The position numbers were made by a program, and so were the translations under genes. Positions 49,233 to 59,667 of a DNA stretch of 64,000 bases are shown here, in pieces. The stretch's first letter is position 1. Every line of letters begins with the position of its first letter. Where the stretch lies: the IMG/VR virus record IMGVR_UViG_3300002835_000131, positions 1 through 64,000 of that record; one strand, 5' to 3'. This DNA is from an uncultured virus (IMG/VR IMGVR_UViG_3300002835_000131) (taxonomy: Duplodnaviria; Heunggongvirae; Uroviricota; Caudoviricetes). The notes beneath the pieces were generated by a model that did no database searches, was not told where the DNA came from, and was given only the letters and a program-made list of their open reading frames with translations.

Positions 49233-49260
49233 GTGGCCCACCCTAAAAAAGGTGGGCCAC
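49233..49260 (+). terminator. perfect 10-bp GC-rich hairpin
   Basis: GTGGCCCACC-ctaaaaaa-GGTGGGCCAC just before an early-type promoter at 49266. Confidence 0.6.
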
Positions 49261-49302
49261 CTTAGTTTGGCCTTTAGTTAAAAATTAATTATATTAAAAT
49301 AT

Positions 49303-50619
49303 ATGAAAAAAATTGTAATCGTTGGAGCCGGAGTAGCAGGCATTAATGCTGCAACTAAATTAGTAGATAATGGATATGATGGTAATTTAATTACTATCAT
49401 TGATATGGGTAAAGATCCATATAACCGCTTACCTGAAGAGGTGATGACAGGAATGTTAGGAGCAGGTGGATGGAGTGATGGTAAATTAACATACCATACA
49501 GCTATTGGTGGTCAATTAGCTAAGTACACAGGCGAGGAAAAAGCAATGGAATTAATGGATCAAGTTATTACTAACTTTAAACGTTTCCATCCTAAACCTG
49601 AAGAAGTACAATGCTCAAACCCAATTGCTGAACCAGATTTTATTAAACCATATTTCGGTTTACGTTTATTTCCTGTATGGCATGTAGGTACAGATTATTT
49701 ATCTGAAATTGCTAAAAATTGGTATGATTATTTAGTATCTAAAGGTGTTAGATTTTTTTGGGAAACTAAAGTTAAAACTATTGATTTTAATTTTAGTGAA
49801 ATATTTGGTGAAACCACTACAGGTAGTCCTTGGATTGGTACTTATGATGAACTTATATTTGCAGTAGGTAAATCAGGAATTGATTTTGCTCAACAATTAG
49901 CAAATGAATATAAACTACCAGATGAACCTAAATCAGTTCAAATTGGAGTACGTTTTGAAGCACCACAAGAACACTTTCAAAAACTAATTGATATTTCATA
50001 TGACTTTAAATTATATAGAAAATTTGATGATAAAGGTGTTTCATTACGTTCATTTTGTACAAACAATAACGCGGCTTATGTTGCTGTAGAAGAAACATAT
50101 GGTGATGTTACTTACAATGGTCACGCTAAAAAAGATCCTAAATATCTAAATGGAATGACTAATTTTGGTATTATTATGGAAATTAAGGATATTGAAGATC
50201 CATTTACTTGGTCTAGAGAATTAGTAAATAAATTACAAATTAAACCTAACAATACAGGTTTATATTATTCACCTAATGGTACTCGTAATCCATCAACCAC
50301 ATCTGAAGGAACTCTTATTAATACAGCTCAAGTTGATGAGATTGGATTAAAAGATATAAAACAAGAATTTCAAGGATATTTTCAATATATTGAAGATTTT
50401 ATTGATGATATGAAAAAAATATTTCCAACATTAGGCGATGATTGGGGAGTTTATATACCTGAAGTAAAATATTTATCACCAGAACCATTAGTAGACTATA
50501 CTAATTTAGCATTAACTAAATATCCAAATGTACACTTTGTTGGTGATGCGTTGAGTGCGAGAGGTATTACAGTTAGTGGTGCACATGGTATTTATGTTGC
50601 CGAATCATTATTAAAATAA
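49303..50619 (+). CDS. FAD-dependent oxidoreductase
   Basis: GAGVAG Rossmann motif, GAGGWSDGKL, FCTNN, FVGD..RGI..SG. Confidence 0.85.
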   Translation: MKKIVIVGAGVAGINAATKLVDNGYDGNLITIIDMGKDPYNRLPEEVMTGMLGAGGWSDGKLTYHTAIGGQLAKYTGEEKAMELMDQVITNFKRFHPKPEEVQCSNPIAEPDFIKPYFGLRLFPVWHVGTDYLSEIAKNWYDYLVSKGVRFFWETKVKTIDFNFSEIFGETTTGSPWIGTYDELIFAVGKSGIDFAQQLANEYKLPDEPKSVQIGVRFEAPQEHFQKLIDISYDFKLYRKFDDKGVSLRSFCTNNNAAYVAVEETYGDVTYNGHAKKDPKYLNGMTNFGIIMEIKDIEDPFTWSRELVNKLQIKPNNTGLYYSPNGTRNPSTTSEGTLINTAQVDEIGLKDIKQEFQGYFQYIEDFIDDMKKIFPTLGDDWGVYIPEVKYLSPEPLVDYTNLALTKYPNVHFVGDALSARGITVSGAHGIYVAESLLK

Positions 50620-50620
50620 T

Positions 50621-51316
50621 ATGAAAACATTAGTAATGTCTGACCTACATATAGGTTCTAAAGGTTGTAATACTAAAGCTATTATAAATTTACTTAAAAC
50701 CGTAGAATACGACCGCTTAATATTAGTAGGCGATATTATTGATGGGTGGTTATTCCAGCGTTATAAGAAGTTTAGCACGGATCATAACAAAGTAATACGT
50801 AAGTTGTTTAAAATATCTAAAGAAAAAGAAATTATTTGGATATCAGGTAATCATGATGAATTCTTAAGAAAATATACACCTATGCAATTAGGTAATATTA
50901 AAATAGTAGACGAATTTATCGAAGGTGGTATTTGGTTTTGTCATGGAGACAAATATGATGGCATTATTAAAATGCATTGGTTAGGTATGTTAGGCTCAAT
51001 TGGTTATGATGCTGCTATTGTTATTGATAGACTATTAAAGAAAATTAATAAGAAAACAAGTTTATCTAAATATTTAAAAGATAATGTTAAAGCAGCTGTT
51101 TCATTTATGGTTGATTATGAGCAAGAAATGGTTAGACAAGCTAAAAAACGTAATTGCCATACTGTTATTTGTGGACATATTCACACACCAGTAGACAAAA
51201 CTATAGACAATATTAGATATATCAATACAGGAGACTGGATTGAAAATCAATCATATGTAATATATGAATTATCTAATTATGAAATAGGTAGTGGAACATT
51301 AAAATTATACAAGTGA
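50621..51316 (+). CDS. calcineurin-like metallophosphoesterase (LpxH-like family)
   Basis: SDLHIG, GDIIDGW, GNHD, HGD, GHIH, NTGDW. Confidence 0.85.
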   Translation: MKTLVMSDLHIGSKGCNTKAIINLLKTVEYDRLILVGDIIDGWLFQRYKKFSTDHNKVIRKLFKISKEKEIIWISGNHDEFLRKYTPMQLGNIKIVDEFIEGGIWFCHGDKYDGIIKMHWLGMLGSIGYDAAIVIDRLLKKINKKTSLSKYLKDNVKAAVSFMVDYEQEMVRQAKKRNCHTVICGHIHTPVDKTIDNIRYINTGDWIENQSYVIYELSNYEIGSGTLKLYK

Positions 51317-51636
51317 TAATTACAGATAAAGCTAGAGATAGAATAAAAGTAATCAAATTAGAATCTAATTTTGATGAAACATACTTCCTCCGTGTATCAG
51401 TACAAGGAGGAGGTTGCTCTGGTTTATCTTATAAATTAGATTTTGACAATACTATTAAATCAGGTGACCAGGAATTTGAAGATAACGGAGAAAAATTAGT
51501 GTTAGATATGAAATCATTCCTATATCTAGCAGGTACTGAACTTGATTTTTCAGATGGGTTAAATGGTAAAGGATTTCAATTCAATAATCCAAACGCAACA
51601 CGAACATGTGGATGTGGTGAAAGTTTCGCAGTATAA
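51313..51636 (+). CDS. iscA: HesB/IscA-family Fe-S cluster carrier
   Basis: GGGCSGLSY and CGCGESF. Confidence 0.92.
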   Translation: MIITDKARDRIKVIKLESNFDETYFLRVSVQGGGCSGLSYKLDFDNTIKSGDQEFEDNGEKLVLDMKSFLYLAGTELDFSDGLNGKGFQFNNPNATRTCGCGESFAV

Positions 51637-51674
51637 GTTTGGCCTCCTACTAATTTGATGTTATATTTAATTAT

Positions 51675-51926
51675 ATGGAAAATAAAAAATTTGAACCAAC
51701 TAAAAAATTAACAAAAGCAGACGGAACAATTGCGTATGTTTGGGAAGGCAAGTATCATAACTGGGATGGACCAGCATTAATACCTCAAGGTGAAAGAAAA
51801 AAACGTGAGTATTATTTATATGGTATTAAATACACTGAAAAATTATTTAAAGAACATTGTAAACAACGTGAAGGTTTACCATGGTTCAAATCATCAACTG
51901 GCAATGCAGCTGGTTCTAGAGTTTAA
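51675..51926 (+). CDS. hypothetical protein
   Basis: HNWDGPA..EYYLYG; early-type promoter at 51638-51669. Confidence 0.7.
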   Translation: MENKKFEPTKKLTKADGTIAYVWEGKYHNWDGPALIPQGERKKREYYLYGIKYTEKLFKEHCKQREGLPWFKSSTGNAAGSRV

Positions 51927-51978
51927 ACAAATTAATTACAACTTGGTCTCATTAGAGACTTTACATACATTATAATAT

Positions 51979-52509
51979 ATGAAAATAGGTTTTTGTGGAA
52001 CAATGAGTGTTGGTAAAACAACATTAGTAAAATCATTAGGTGAATTGCCTGAATTTAAAGACTACTATGTTACAACTGAACGTAGTAAATATTTAAAAGA
52101 TTTAGGTATTCCATTAAATACTGATAGTACTTTAAATGGTCAAACTATATTCTTAGCCGAACGTGTTAGTGAATTAATGCGTCCTAAATTAATTACTGAT
52201 AGAACAGTTATTGATGTTATAGCATTTGCAAAATGCGCTAAATCTATTAATGTTTTAGATAAAGAAGCATTTGAAGATTACGCTAAATTATTTGTTAGTC
52301 AATATGATTATATATTTTATGTAAATCCTATTGGAACAGTTATGGAAAATAACGGAGTACGTGAAACTGATAATGAGTTTAGAAAAACAATTGATTTCTT
52401 TATTCAAAGAATTGCTGATAGATATTCACATCGTATGAAAAATTTTGTAGAAATTAGCGGAACTAATGAAGAACGTGTTAAAAAAGTTAAAGAGACAATA
52501 TTTTCATAA
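51979..52509 (+). CDS. P-loop nucleoside/nucleotide kinase-like (NadR/AAA_28-type)
   Basis: GTMSVGKTT, TDRT..D, ENNGVR. Confidence 0.78.
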   Translation: MKIGFCGTMSVGKTTLVKSLGELPEFKDYYVTTERSKYLKDLGIPLNTDSTLNGQTIFLAERVSELMRPKLITDRTVIDVIAFAKCAKSINVLDKEAFEDYAKLFVSQYDYIFYVNPIGTVMENNGVRETDNEFRKTIDFFIQRIADRYSHRMKNFVEISGTNEERVKKVKETIFS

Positions 52510-52530
52510 TATTTATCAGAAAAATATAAC

Positions 52531-53577
52531 ATGAAAATCAAAGAATTTAAATCTTTTATACGTGAAGAAATCATAGGTGCATTAAGTGAAACTACTATGG
52601 TAGGTCCACAAACAACAACTGATGATATTAACACAATAGCTAAATCAGAAAAAACATCAACTGCTACTGTTAAAGCAGCAATTGATCAAGCTAAAAAATC
52701 AGGACAATCCATAGCCGTAGCTGAAGAAGTTAATGATTTAACTCCATTACAACAAACAGTATATGAGTTTGAATCAGAAGTATCTCCAAATCCAGATGAA
52801 TTTATTAAGGATATTAAAAAATTAAGCTCAGTTAAAGATGTTTATGATTATTATGCTCATACAAGAGGATGGTTACAAGATAAAGATTTTAAATATCTTT
52901 TAAAAGATTTAATGATGTCATTATCTAATAATGAAAATGATTTAAATGAAATGGCTCGTGCTAAAGTATCTTACATTTTAAATAAAGAAATGAAAGATGA
53001 ATTAGCTTCATTAATTGAAAAAGCTAAAGGTAATGTTAAAAAAGCATTAGAATATCTTTTAGAAAAAGGTGAAATGTCAGTTGCTGATGTAGCTAAAGAA
53101 TTTGGTTTAAATGATACAGCTAGTATTAACAATCCTAAATTCAGAGAATTAATGGGTATGTTAAAAGATAAAGGTGTAGTATCAATGGGTGGAGCCGCTC
53201 CAAAAGCAGCGGTTGTTAAACCATCTAAAGAAAAAATAGAAAAAGCAGTTAAAGCAGTGGAAAAAGATATTAACACAGGCGAAGAAGAAGCTGATGACTA
53301 CTATAAAGCAGGAGACGAAGACTCAGCGCCAGACGAAACAGATATTGACAAACAAGCATCTAAAGCTGCTGATAAATTAACTAAACGTACTTCTAAATTA
53401 GATAAAGTATTAAAAGGTTTAATTCAAGTAGAAAAAGAAATGAAGACATTAGCTAACGACTATAAAAAAGCTGAAGGCGAAGAAAAAGCAAATATTGTTG
53501 CTAAATTAAAAGAAAAAACAGCACAAAAGAAAGAATTAGAAGCATTAAAGGATAAATTTGAATTTGATGTTGTATAA
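52531..53577 (+). CDS. probable head-internal modular protein with HTH-like segment
   Basis: KEFKSFIREEI N-terminus; LNE-MAR junction; MSVADVAKEFG. Confidence 0.65.
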   Translation: MKIKEFKSFIREEIIGALSETTMVGPQTTTDDINTIAKSEKTSTATVKAAIDQAKKSGQSIAVAEEVNDLTPLQQTVYEFESEVSPNPDEFIKDIKKLSSVKDVYDYYAHTRGWLQDKDFKYLLKDLMMSLSNNENDLNEMARAKVSYILNKEMKDELASLIEKAKGNVKKALEYLLEKGEMSVADVAKEFGLNDTASINNPKFRELMGMLKDKGVVSMGGAAPKAAVVKPSKEKIEKAVKAVEKDINTGEEEADDYYKAGDEDSAPDETDIDKQASKAADKLTKRTSKLDKVLKGLIQVEKEMKTLANDYKKAEGEEKANIVAKLKEKTAQKKELEALKDKFEFDVV

Positions 53578-53914
53578 AGAAATTCTTAAATTTTTAGGAT
53601 ACATAGGATTAGTGTTATTAATTGTAAATATTCTTAACATTAATCCTAATTTCCGTTTGGCTAAAGAAAACGAAACATTAAATAATAAAATAGATTCATT
53701 ACAGGCAAATATTGACTCTACTAAAATTAAAATTGCCCAATTAGATTCAGTTACTGCTGTTTATAAAAAACAAGTAACAGAAGATAAAACAAAATTATCG
53801 GGTTTAAAATATAAAGCCGATTTATATAAAACTAAATACAATGAAGAACATAATCGTATTAATAACTTGTCTAATGATGCCCTTGTTAGTGAGTTCACAA
53901 ACGCTTTTAACTGA
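53567..53914 (+). CDS. spanin-like TM + coiled-coil protein
   Basis: N-terminal TM, coiled coil, overlaps next ORF. Confidence 0.55.
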   Translation: MLYKEILKFLGYIGLVLLIVNILNINPNFRLAKENETLNNKIDSLQANIDSTKIKIAQLDSVTAVYKKQVTEDKTKLSGLKYKADLYKTKYNEEHNRINNLSNDALVSEFTNAFN

Positions 53915-54230
53915 GGATTTAGTTACAGTTCCCACTAAAACATTAAAAAATGCTTTAATTGTAAAAAATGAACGTGATTTTCTTAAAAATCAAATCACAG
54001 TAGTTAGAGATTCAGTTAATATTTTAGTTACAATAACAAACAATCAAGATTCTATTATAAAAAATCAAGATACATCTATTTCATTATATAAAAAAATTGA
54101 TATAGATCGTCAAAAACAATTAGAATATAAAGATAATATTATTACTGATTACCAAAAACAAATAAAAAAATTCAAATTAAAGTTCATAGTTAGTTCTATT
54201 GCTTTTGTTGGTATTTTACTAGTTATATGA
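53841..54230 (+). CDS. spanin-like partner (signal peptide + C-terminal TM)
   Basis: 74-nt overlap with previous gene. Confidence 0.55.
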   Translation: MKNIIVLITCLMMPLLVSSQTLLTEDLVTVPTKTLKNALIVKNERDFLKNQITVVRDSVNILVTITNNQDSIIKNQDTSISLYKKIDIDRQKQLEYKDNIITDYQKQIKKFKLKFIVSSIAFVGILLVI

Positions 54231-55804
54231 GTCAAGACTTACGTGAAGTTATAAGACAGGAATATGTAAAGTGTGCGAGTGACCCAAGCCACTTTATGAA
54301 AAAATACTGTTATATTCAACATCCTCAAAGAGGAAGAATCATGTTTAATTTATATCCATTTCAAGATAAAGTATTAAATTTATGGAAAGACAATCCATAC
54401 AGTATAGTACTTAAATCAAGACAATTAGGTATTTCAACACTATCAGCTGGTTATTCTTTATGGTTAATGTTATTCCATAAAGATAAAAACGTACTTTGTA
54501 TTGCTACAAAGCAAGAAACTGCTAAAAACATGGTAACTAAGGTAAAATTCATGTATGAAAATTTACCATCATGGTTAAAAGTAACAGCAGACGAAAATAA
54601 TAAACTTACATTACGATTAAATAACGGATCTCAAATTAAAGCAGTATCAGCTGCTGGTGATGCTGGTAGATCTGAAGCTGTATCTTTACTATTAATTGAC
54701 GAGGCAGCATTTATTGAAGGTATTGATACAATTTGGGCTTCTGCTCAACAAACCTTAGCTACGGGTGGTGGTGCTATTGTATTATCTACTCCTTATGGTA
54801 CAGGTAATTGGTTTCATCAAACATGGGTTAAAGCTGAAGCCCAACAAAACGATTTCTTACCTATTAAATTACCTTGGTTTGTCCATCCTGAAAGAAATGA
54901 AGCATGGAGAAAAAAACAAGACGAATTATTAGGTGATCCTAGATTAGCATCTCAAGAGTGTGATTGTGATTTTAGTACTTCAGGTGATACAGTATTCTAT
55001 TCAGAATGGATTGAATTTATATCTCAAACCACAATAAAAGAACCGCTAGAACGCCGCGGAGTTGACCGTAACTTATGGATATGGGAACCGGCGGACTATA
55101 CTCAATCATATATGGTTATAGCCGATGTAGCACGGGGTGATGGCAAGGATTTTTCCGCAGCCCATGTTATACATGTTGAATCTAATACACAGGTAGCAGA
55201 ATATAAAGGTCAATTACCACCTAAAGAATTTGGATTTTTCTTAGTTGGTTTAGCTACAGAATATAACCAAGCTTTATTAGTAGTAGAAAATGCTAATATT
55301 GGTTGGTCAGCATTAGATGCAATTCAAGAACGTGGATATAAGAATTTATATTATTCACCTAAAAGTGATGCTAGTAATAATGCTGATGCTTATTTTGACC
55401 AATATATGGATAATTCAAAATTAGTACCTGGTTTTACAACATCACTGAAAACTCGTCCTTTAATAGTTAATAAATTTAGAGAGTATATAGGTGATAAAAG
55501 TGTTGTTATTCAATCTAAACGTTTACTAGAAGAAATGAAAGTATTCATTTGGAAAAATGGTCGTCCTGAAGCACAATCAGGATACAATGATGACTTAATT
55601 ATGAGTTTTGCAATTGGAATGTATTTAAGAGATACATCATTAAGATTTAAATCACAAAACCTAGAAATGTCTAGAGCAACATTAAGTAATATGTCTGTTA
55701 ACAGAACAGGATTTACAGGAGCGTATGGTTCTAGTGTTCCTAACCCATATAGTATAGAAAATGGTATGGGCGGAAATGAAGACATTAGTTGGTTAATACG
55801 ATAA
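54227..55804 (+). CDS. terminase large subunit (gp17-like)
   Basis: LYPFQ, KSRQLGIST, LIDEAAF, STP.G, ADVARG, NDDLIM. Confidence 0.95.
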   Translation: MSQDLREVIRQEYVKCASDPSHFMKKYCYIQHPQRGRIMFNLYPFQDKVLNLWKDNPYSIVLKSRQLGISTLSAGYSLWLMLFHKDKNVLCIATKQETAKNMVTKVKFMYENLPSWLKVTADENNKLTLRLNNGSQIKAVSAAGDAGRSEAVSLLLIDEAAFIEGIDTIWASAQQTLATGGGAIVLSTPYGTGNWFHQTWVKAEAQQNDFLPIKLPWFVHPERNEAWRKKQDELLGDPRLASQECDCDFSTSGDTVFYSEWIEFISQTTIKEPLERRGVDRNLWIWEPADYTQSYMVIADVARGDGKDFSAAHVIHVESNTQVAEYKGQLPPKEFGFFLVGLATEYNQALLVVENANIGWSALDAIQERGYKNLYYSPKSDASNNADAYFDQYMDNSKLVPGFTTSLKTRPLIVNKFREYIGDKSVVIQSKRLLEEMKVFIWKNGRPEAQSGYNDDLIMSFAIGMYLRDTSLRFKSQNLEMSRATLSNMSVNRTGFTGAYGSSVPNPYSIENGMGGNEDISWLIR

Positions 55805-55831
55805 TATTTATAATTAATAACATATAATAAA

Positions 55832-57709
55832 ATGGCAGACAAAGGCTTATTTTCACGATTACAACGACTGTTCTCTACTGATGTAGTGATGAGAAATCAG
55901 GGTGGTGATCAATTAAAAGTAATGGACGTTAACACCATACAACAAACAGGTGATATCGCTACTAACTCATTAATGGATAGATATAATAGAATCTATTCAA
56001 CTAATGCATCTTCACTTTATGGAGCTCAATTAAATTTAAATTATCAATACTTACGTACCCAATTATATTCAGACTATGATATCATGGATCAGGATGCAAT
56101 TGTTGGTTCTGCACTTGATATTGTAGCTGATGAGTCTACATTAAAAGATGATATGGGTGAAGTATTATCTATTCGTTCATCAGATGAAAACATTCAAAGA
56201 ATTTTATATAACTTATTTTATGATGTATTAAATATCGAATTTAATTTATGGTCTTGGATTCGTCAAATGTGTAAATATGGTGATTTTTTCTTAAGATTAG
56301 AAATTGCTGAAAAATTTGGTGTATATAATGTTATTCCATACACAGCGTATCATATTGAAAGACAAGAAAATTATGATAAAGACAAACCAGCGTCTGTTCG
56401 TTTCCAATTTAAACCTGAAGGATTTTTATCAGGTGATGGTTATTACAATACACCTAATTTAGGCCGTCAAAACGAACCAGGTATTTTCTTTGAAAACTAT
56501 GAGGTTGCTCACTTTAGATTAATTACAGATGTTAATTATTTACCATATGGTAGATCTTATCTAGAACCAGCTCGTCGTTTATATAAACAATACGCGTTAA
56601 TGGAAGATGCAATGTTAATCCATCGTGTAGTTCGTTCACCAGAAAAACGTACTTTCTTTATTAATGTTGGTTCTATCCCGCCTAATGAAGTTGAAGCATT
56701 TATGCAGAAAACTATTAGTTCAATGAAACGTACTCCATTAATGGATCAAAAGACAGGTGAATATAACGTAAAATATAACATGCAAAACTTACTAGAAGAT
56801 TTTTATATTCCAGTAAGAGGTAATGACCAAGCAACACGTATTGAAAATACTAAAGGTTTAGATTACGATGGTATTCAAGACGTTGCATATTTAAGAGATA
56901 AATTATTTGCAGCATTAAAGGTACCTAAAGCATTTTTAGGTTATGATAAAGATTTACAAGGTAAAGCAACATTAGCAGCGGAAGATATTCGTTTTGCTCG
57001 TACAATTGATCGTATTCAACGTATTACATTGTCTGAATTATATAAAATCGCATTAGTACATTTATATGTTCAAGGTTATACTAATGATGAATTAACTAAC
57101 TTCGAGTTATCGTTAACCACACCGTCTATTATATATGATCAAGAACGTATTATGTTAATGAAGGAAAAAGTTGATTTAGCTAAAAACATCATTGAAACTA
57201 AATTAATGCCTACTGATTGGGTTTATGACAATGTATTCAGATTCTCTGAAGATTCATATGATGAATATAGAGATATGATGATTGAAGATGCAAAACGTGA
57301 ATTTAGAATCGCACAAATTAAAGAAGAAGGTAATGATCCAGTAGAAACAGGTAAATCTTATGGTACACCACATGATTTAGCCAGTTTATATAGTAAAAAC
57401 GGCAGACCAGAAGGTGAATTACCACCAGGATATAATAATGATACACAATTAGGTCGTCCAAAAGAAAAAGTATCTAATATTAACACACAAGATAGCGCGT
57501 TAGGTCGTGATAGATTAGGTGTTAAAGATATGAAATCAGATGACCAACCAGGATATGGTAAATCAACAACCAAACCGTTTGCTTTAGAAAATGCTAAGTC
57601 AGCTTTCGCAAGAAATAAACGTTTGTTTGAACAAGTTGACAAAAAATTATGTCTTAGTCAAGAAAAACCAGGAGATTCGCTATTAGATGAATCCCAAATT
57701 AGAGAATAA
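55832..57709 (+). CDS. portal protein (gp20-like)
   Basis: MEDAMLIHRVVRSPEKR, LEDFYIPVRG, ALKVPK. Confidence 0.95.
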   Translation: MADKGLFSRLQRLFSTDVVMRNQGGDQLKVMDVNTIQQTGDIATNSLMDRYNRIYSTNASSLYGAQLNLNYQYLRTQLYSDYDIMDQDAIVGSALDIVADESTLKDDMGEVLSIRSSDENIQRILYNLFYDVLNIEFNLWSWIRQMCKYGDFFLRLEIAEKFGVYNVIPYTAYHIERQENYDKDKPASVRFQFKPEGFLSGDGYYNTPNLGRQNEPGIFFENYEVAHFRLITDVNYLPYGRSYLEPARRLYKQYALMEDAMLIHRVVRSPEKRTFFINVGSIPPNEVEAFMQKTISSMKRTPLMDQKTGEYNVKYNMQNLLEDFYIPVRGNDQATRIENTKGLDYDGIQDVAYLRDKLFAALKVPKAFLGYDKDLQGKATLAAEDIRFARTIDRIQRITLSELYKIALVHLYVQGYTNDELTNFELSLTTPSIIYDQERIMLMKEKVDLAKNIIETKLMPTDWVYDNVFRFSEDSYDEYRDMMIEDAKREFRIAQIKEEGNDPVETGKSYGTPHDLASLYSKNGRPEGELPPGYNNDTQLGRPKEKVSNINTQDSALGRDRLGVKDMKSDDQPGYGKSTTKPFALENAKSAFARNKRLFEQVDKKLCLSQEKPGDSLLDESQIRE

Positions 57710-57744
57710 TAATCCTTATATATTTATAATAAAACACTTTAGGA

Positions 57745-58599
57745 ATGATTGTTAAACATTCAAAATACAAGAATACTGGCATTTTATTTGAACTTTTAGT
57801 TAGACAAATTACGTCTGATACATTGTCAGGCGTAGACTCAAAAGCAGCAACTATTCTAAAAAAACACTTTGTAAAAACAGAGTTAGGAAAAGAGTATAAG
57901 TTATATGAAACGTTGTTAAACAACATTAAATTAAGTGAAGGCAAAGCCGATATTATTATCAGTACTTTATTAGAAAGTGCTAAATATTTAAACAAATCAG
58001 CATTACGTCGTCAAAAATATAATTTAATTAAAGAAATTAAAGCAAATTATGACGTTGATGAATTTTTTAAAACCAAACTTCCTAACTACAAAACACAAGC
58101 AGCGTTTTATACATTATTAGAAATGTATGATGGTATTAATCAACCAGAAGCTAACCAAGTAATCTCAAATAAATTAATTCTATTAGAACATTTAACTTCA
58201 GCACCACTTACAACAGTTGCTAAAGATACACTAATGGAAGAATTTAAGTCATACGATAAAGATATTCGTATGTTAACTTATAGAGCGTTATTAGAAAAAT
58301 TTAATTCTAAGTATGCTAATTTAAATGAAGGACAAAAATCAGTATTAAAAGAATTTATCAACAGTGTTGATAATCCATCTAAATTAAAAGATTTTTACAA
58401 TACTAAAGTAACAGAAATTAAATCTAATTTAACTAAATTAAATAAAAAAGTTAAAGATAAGACAACTCAAATTAAAATTAATGAGGTGTCTAATATTTTA
58501 GTTACATTAGATAAAAATGATAAAATTAGTAATGATGATATGACTAATTTACTTCATTATTATGAATTACTAGAAGAATTACATAAGGTAAATGGATAA
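57745..58599 (+). CDS. hypothetical head-module protein
   Basis: HSKYKNTGILFELLVRQ; between portal and protease genes. Confidence 0.75.
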   Translation: MIVKHSKYKNTGILFELLVRQITSDTLSGVDSKAATILKKHFVKTELGKEYKLYETLLNNIKLSEGKADIIISTLLESAKYLNKSALRRQKYNLIKEIKANYDVDEFFKTKLPNYKTQAAFYTLLEMYDGINQPEANQVISNKLILLEHLTSAPLTTVAKDTLMEEFKSYDKDIRMLTYRALLEKFNSKYANLNEGQKSVLKEFINSVDNPSKLKDFYNTKVTEIKSNLTKLNKKVKDKTTQIKINEVSNILVTLDKNDKISNDDMTNLLHYYELLEELHKVNG

Positions 58600-59428
58600 G
58601 TTAAAAAGTATCATTAAACAAACATTAAAAGAAGTTAGTATTCATAAAGGTATTGACGGACAATTTGATACAGCTCTTCAGTGGATTTGGCTTTTTGGTG
58701 GTAAAGAATTATTAAAAAATAAACTAGAAATCTATAGCCCATCTAATGAATTTAGAACATTTAAAAAAGCTATGGAGACTGGTAAAATTACTATCCAAGA
58801 CTTAGATAAAGCTACACAAGGAGAGCATGGACAAGCAGATAATATAGCTTTTTCACAAACCGCAGTTTGGAAACAAGATTTAAAACCATATTTAGATAAT
58901 TATAACCAAGAAAAATTTAACAATTTAAATATTGATTTAGAAGAAGAGTCAGGTACAGGAGGTGGAGCATCAGCAGGGGCATTTAGTCCAGGTGAAGGAC
59001 CACAAACAGCTACAAAAGCAGGTACAGATGCAGCTTATAAAAAAAATACTAATTCTAAAGGCACAACAAATAACTATTACTATAAACTAGGTTACAAACC
59101 TGTTAATCAAAAAAAACTGAATCAACAGGCGAAAGGAATCGAAGTTAAACAAATGTGGAAAGAGAATGTAAACGAAGCACAATTAGATGTAGATGCTTAT
59201 ATTGATTCTTTAAACATAGATACACCAGAATTAAAAATATTTATCAAATCTAGATTAGAAGGATTTGATACATTAGAACAAAAATTAAACGAATTATTAC
59301 CATTATTACAAAACGCAAAAGAAAAAACATTAAATTATTATAAAGATAAACCTAGTTTTAATGTGTTATATGGTACTGATTTAGCAAACGATTATTTAAA
59401 CGATTTAATAAACTTATTTAAAGACTAA
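58592..59428 (+). CDS. modular probable head-internal protein
   Basis: KLKSIIKQTLKE N-terminus; LEE and VNE junctions. Confidence 0.7.
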   Translation: MDKLKSIIKQTLKEVSIHKGIDGQFDTALQWIWLFGGKELLKNKLEIYSPSNEFRTFKKAMETGKITIQDLDKATQGEHGQADNIAFSQTAVWKQDLKPYLDNYNQEKFNNLNIDLEEESGTGGGASAGAFSPGEGPQTATKAGTDAAYKKNTNSKGTTNNYYYKLGYKPVNQKKLNQQAKGIEVKQMWKENVNEAQLDVDAYIDSLNIDTPELKIFIKSRLEGFDTLEQKLNELLPLLQNAKEKTLNYYKDKPSFNVLYGTDLANDYLNDLINLFKD

Positions 59429-59429
59429 T

Positions 59430-59654
59430 ATGGCAAATATACCTGTTAATACAACCGGAATAGTAACTACAACATCAATCACTGGTTCATACGCTGGCTT
59501 TACAGTAGTATCAGGATCAGCTACATTCACTGGTATAAAAGATTTTAATGGATCTCCATTAACAACTCCTTGGGTTGTACCCGCTGGATTCACTGTTCCT
59601 ATTTATGTAACTAGTGCTTCTTTATCATCAGGAGCAGTATTATTTTACAATTAA
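59430..59654 (+). CDS. small beta-rich virion protein
   Basis: S/T-rich; TGS, SGS, SAS motifs. Confidence 0.6.
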   Translation: MANIPVNTTGIVTTTSITGSYAGFTVVSGSATFTGIKDFNGSPLTTPWVVPAGFTVPIYVTSASLSSGAVLFYN

Positions 59655-59667
59655 TAACTCATTATAA

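Larger units (their letters stand above)
13601..57728 (+). promoter_or_regulatory. putative late promoter motif TATTTAT(A), recurring upstream of late genes
   Basis: Intergenic copies at 13601, 16180, 26597, 31551, 38985, 44351, 52510, 55805, 57721 (also 8015, 9303). Confidence 0.65.

Noticed and set aside
54227..57709. Intron or intein in terminase or portal
   Set aside because: Both ORFs are continuous, of ordinary length, and lack splicing motifs
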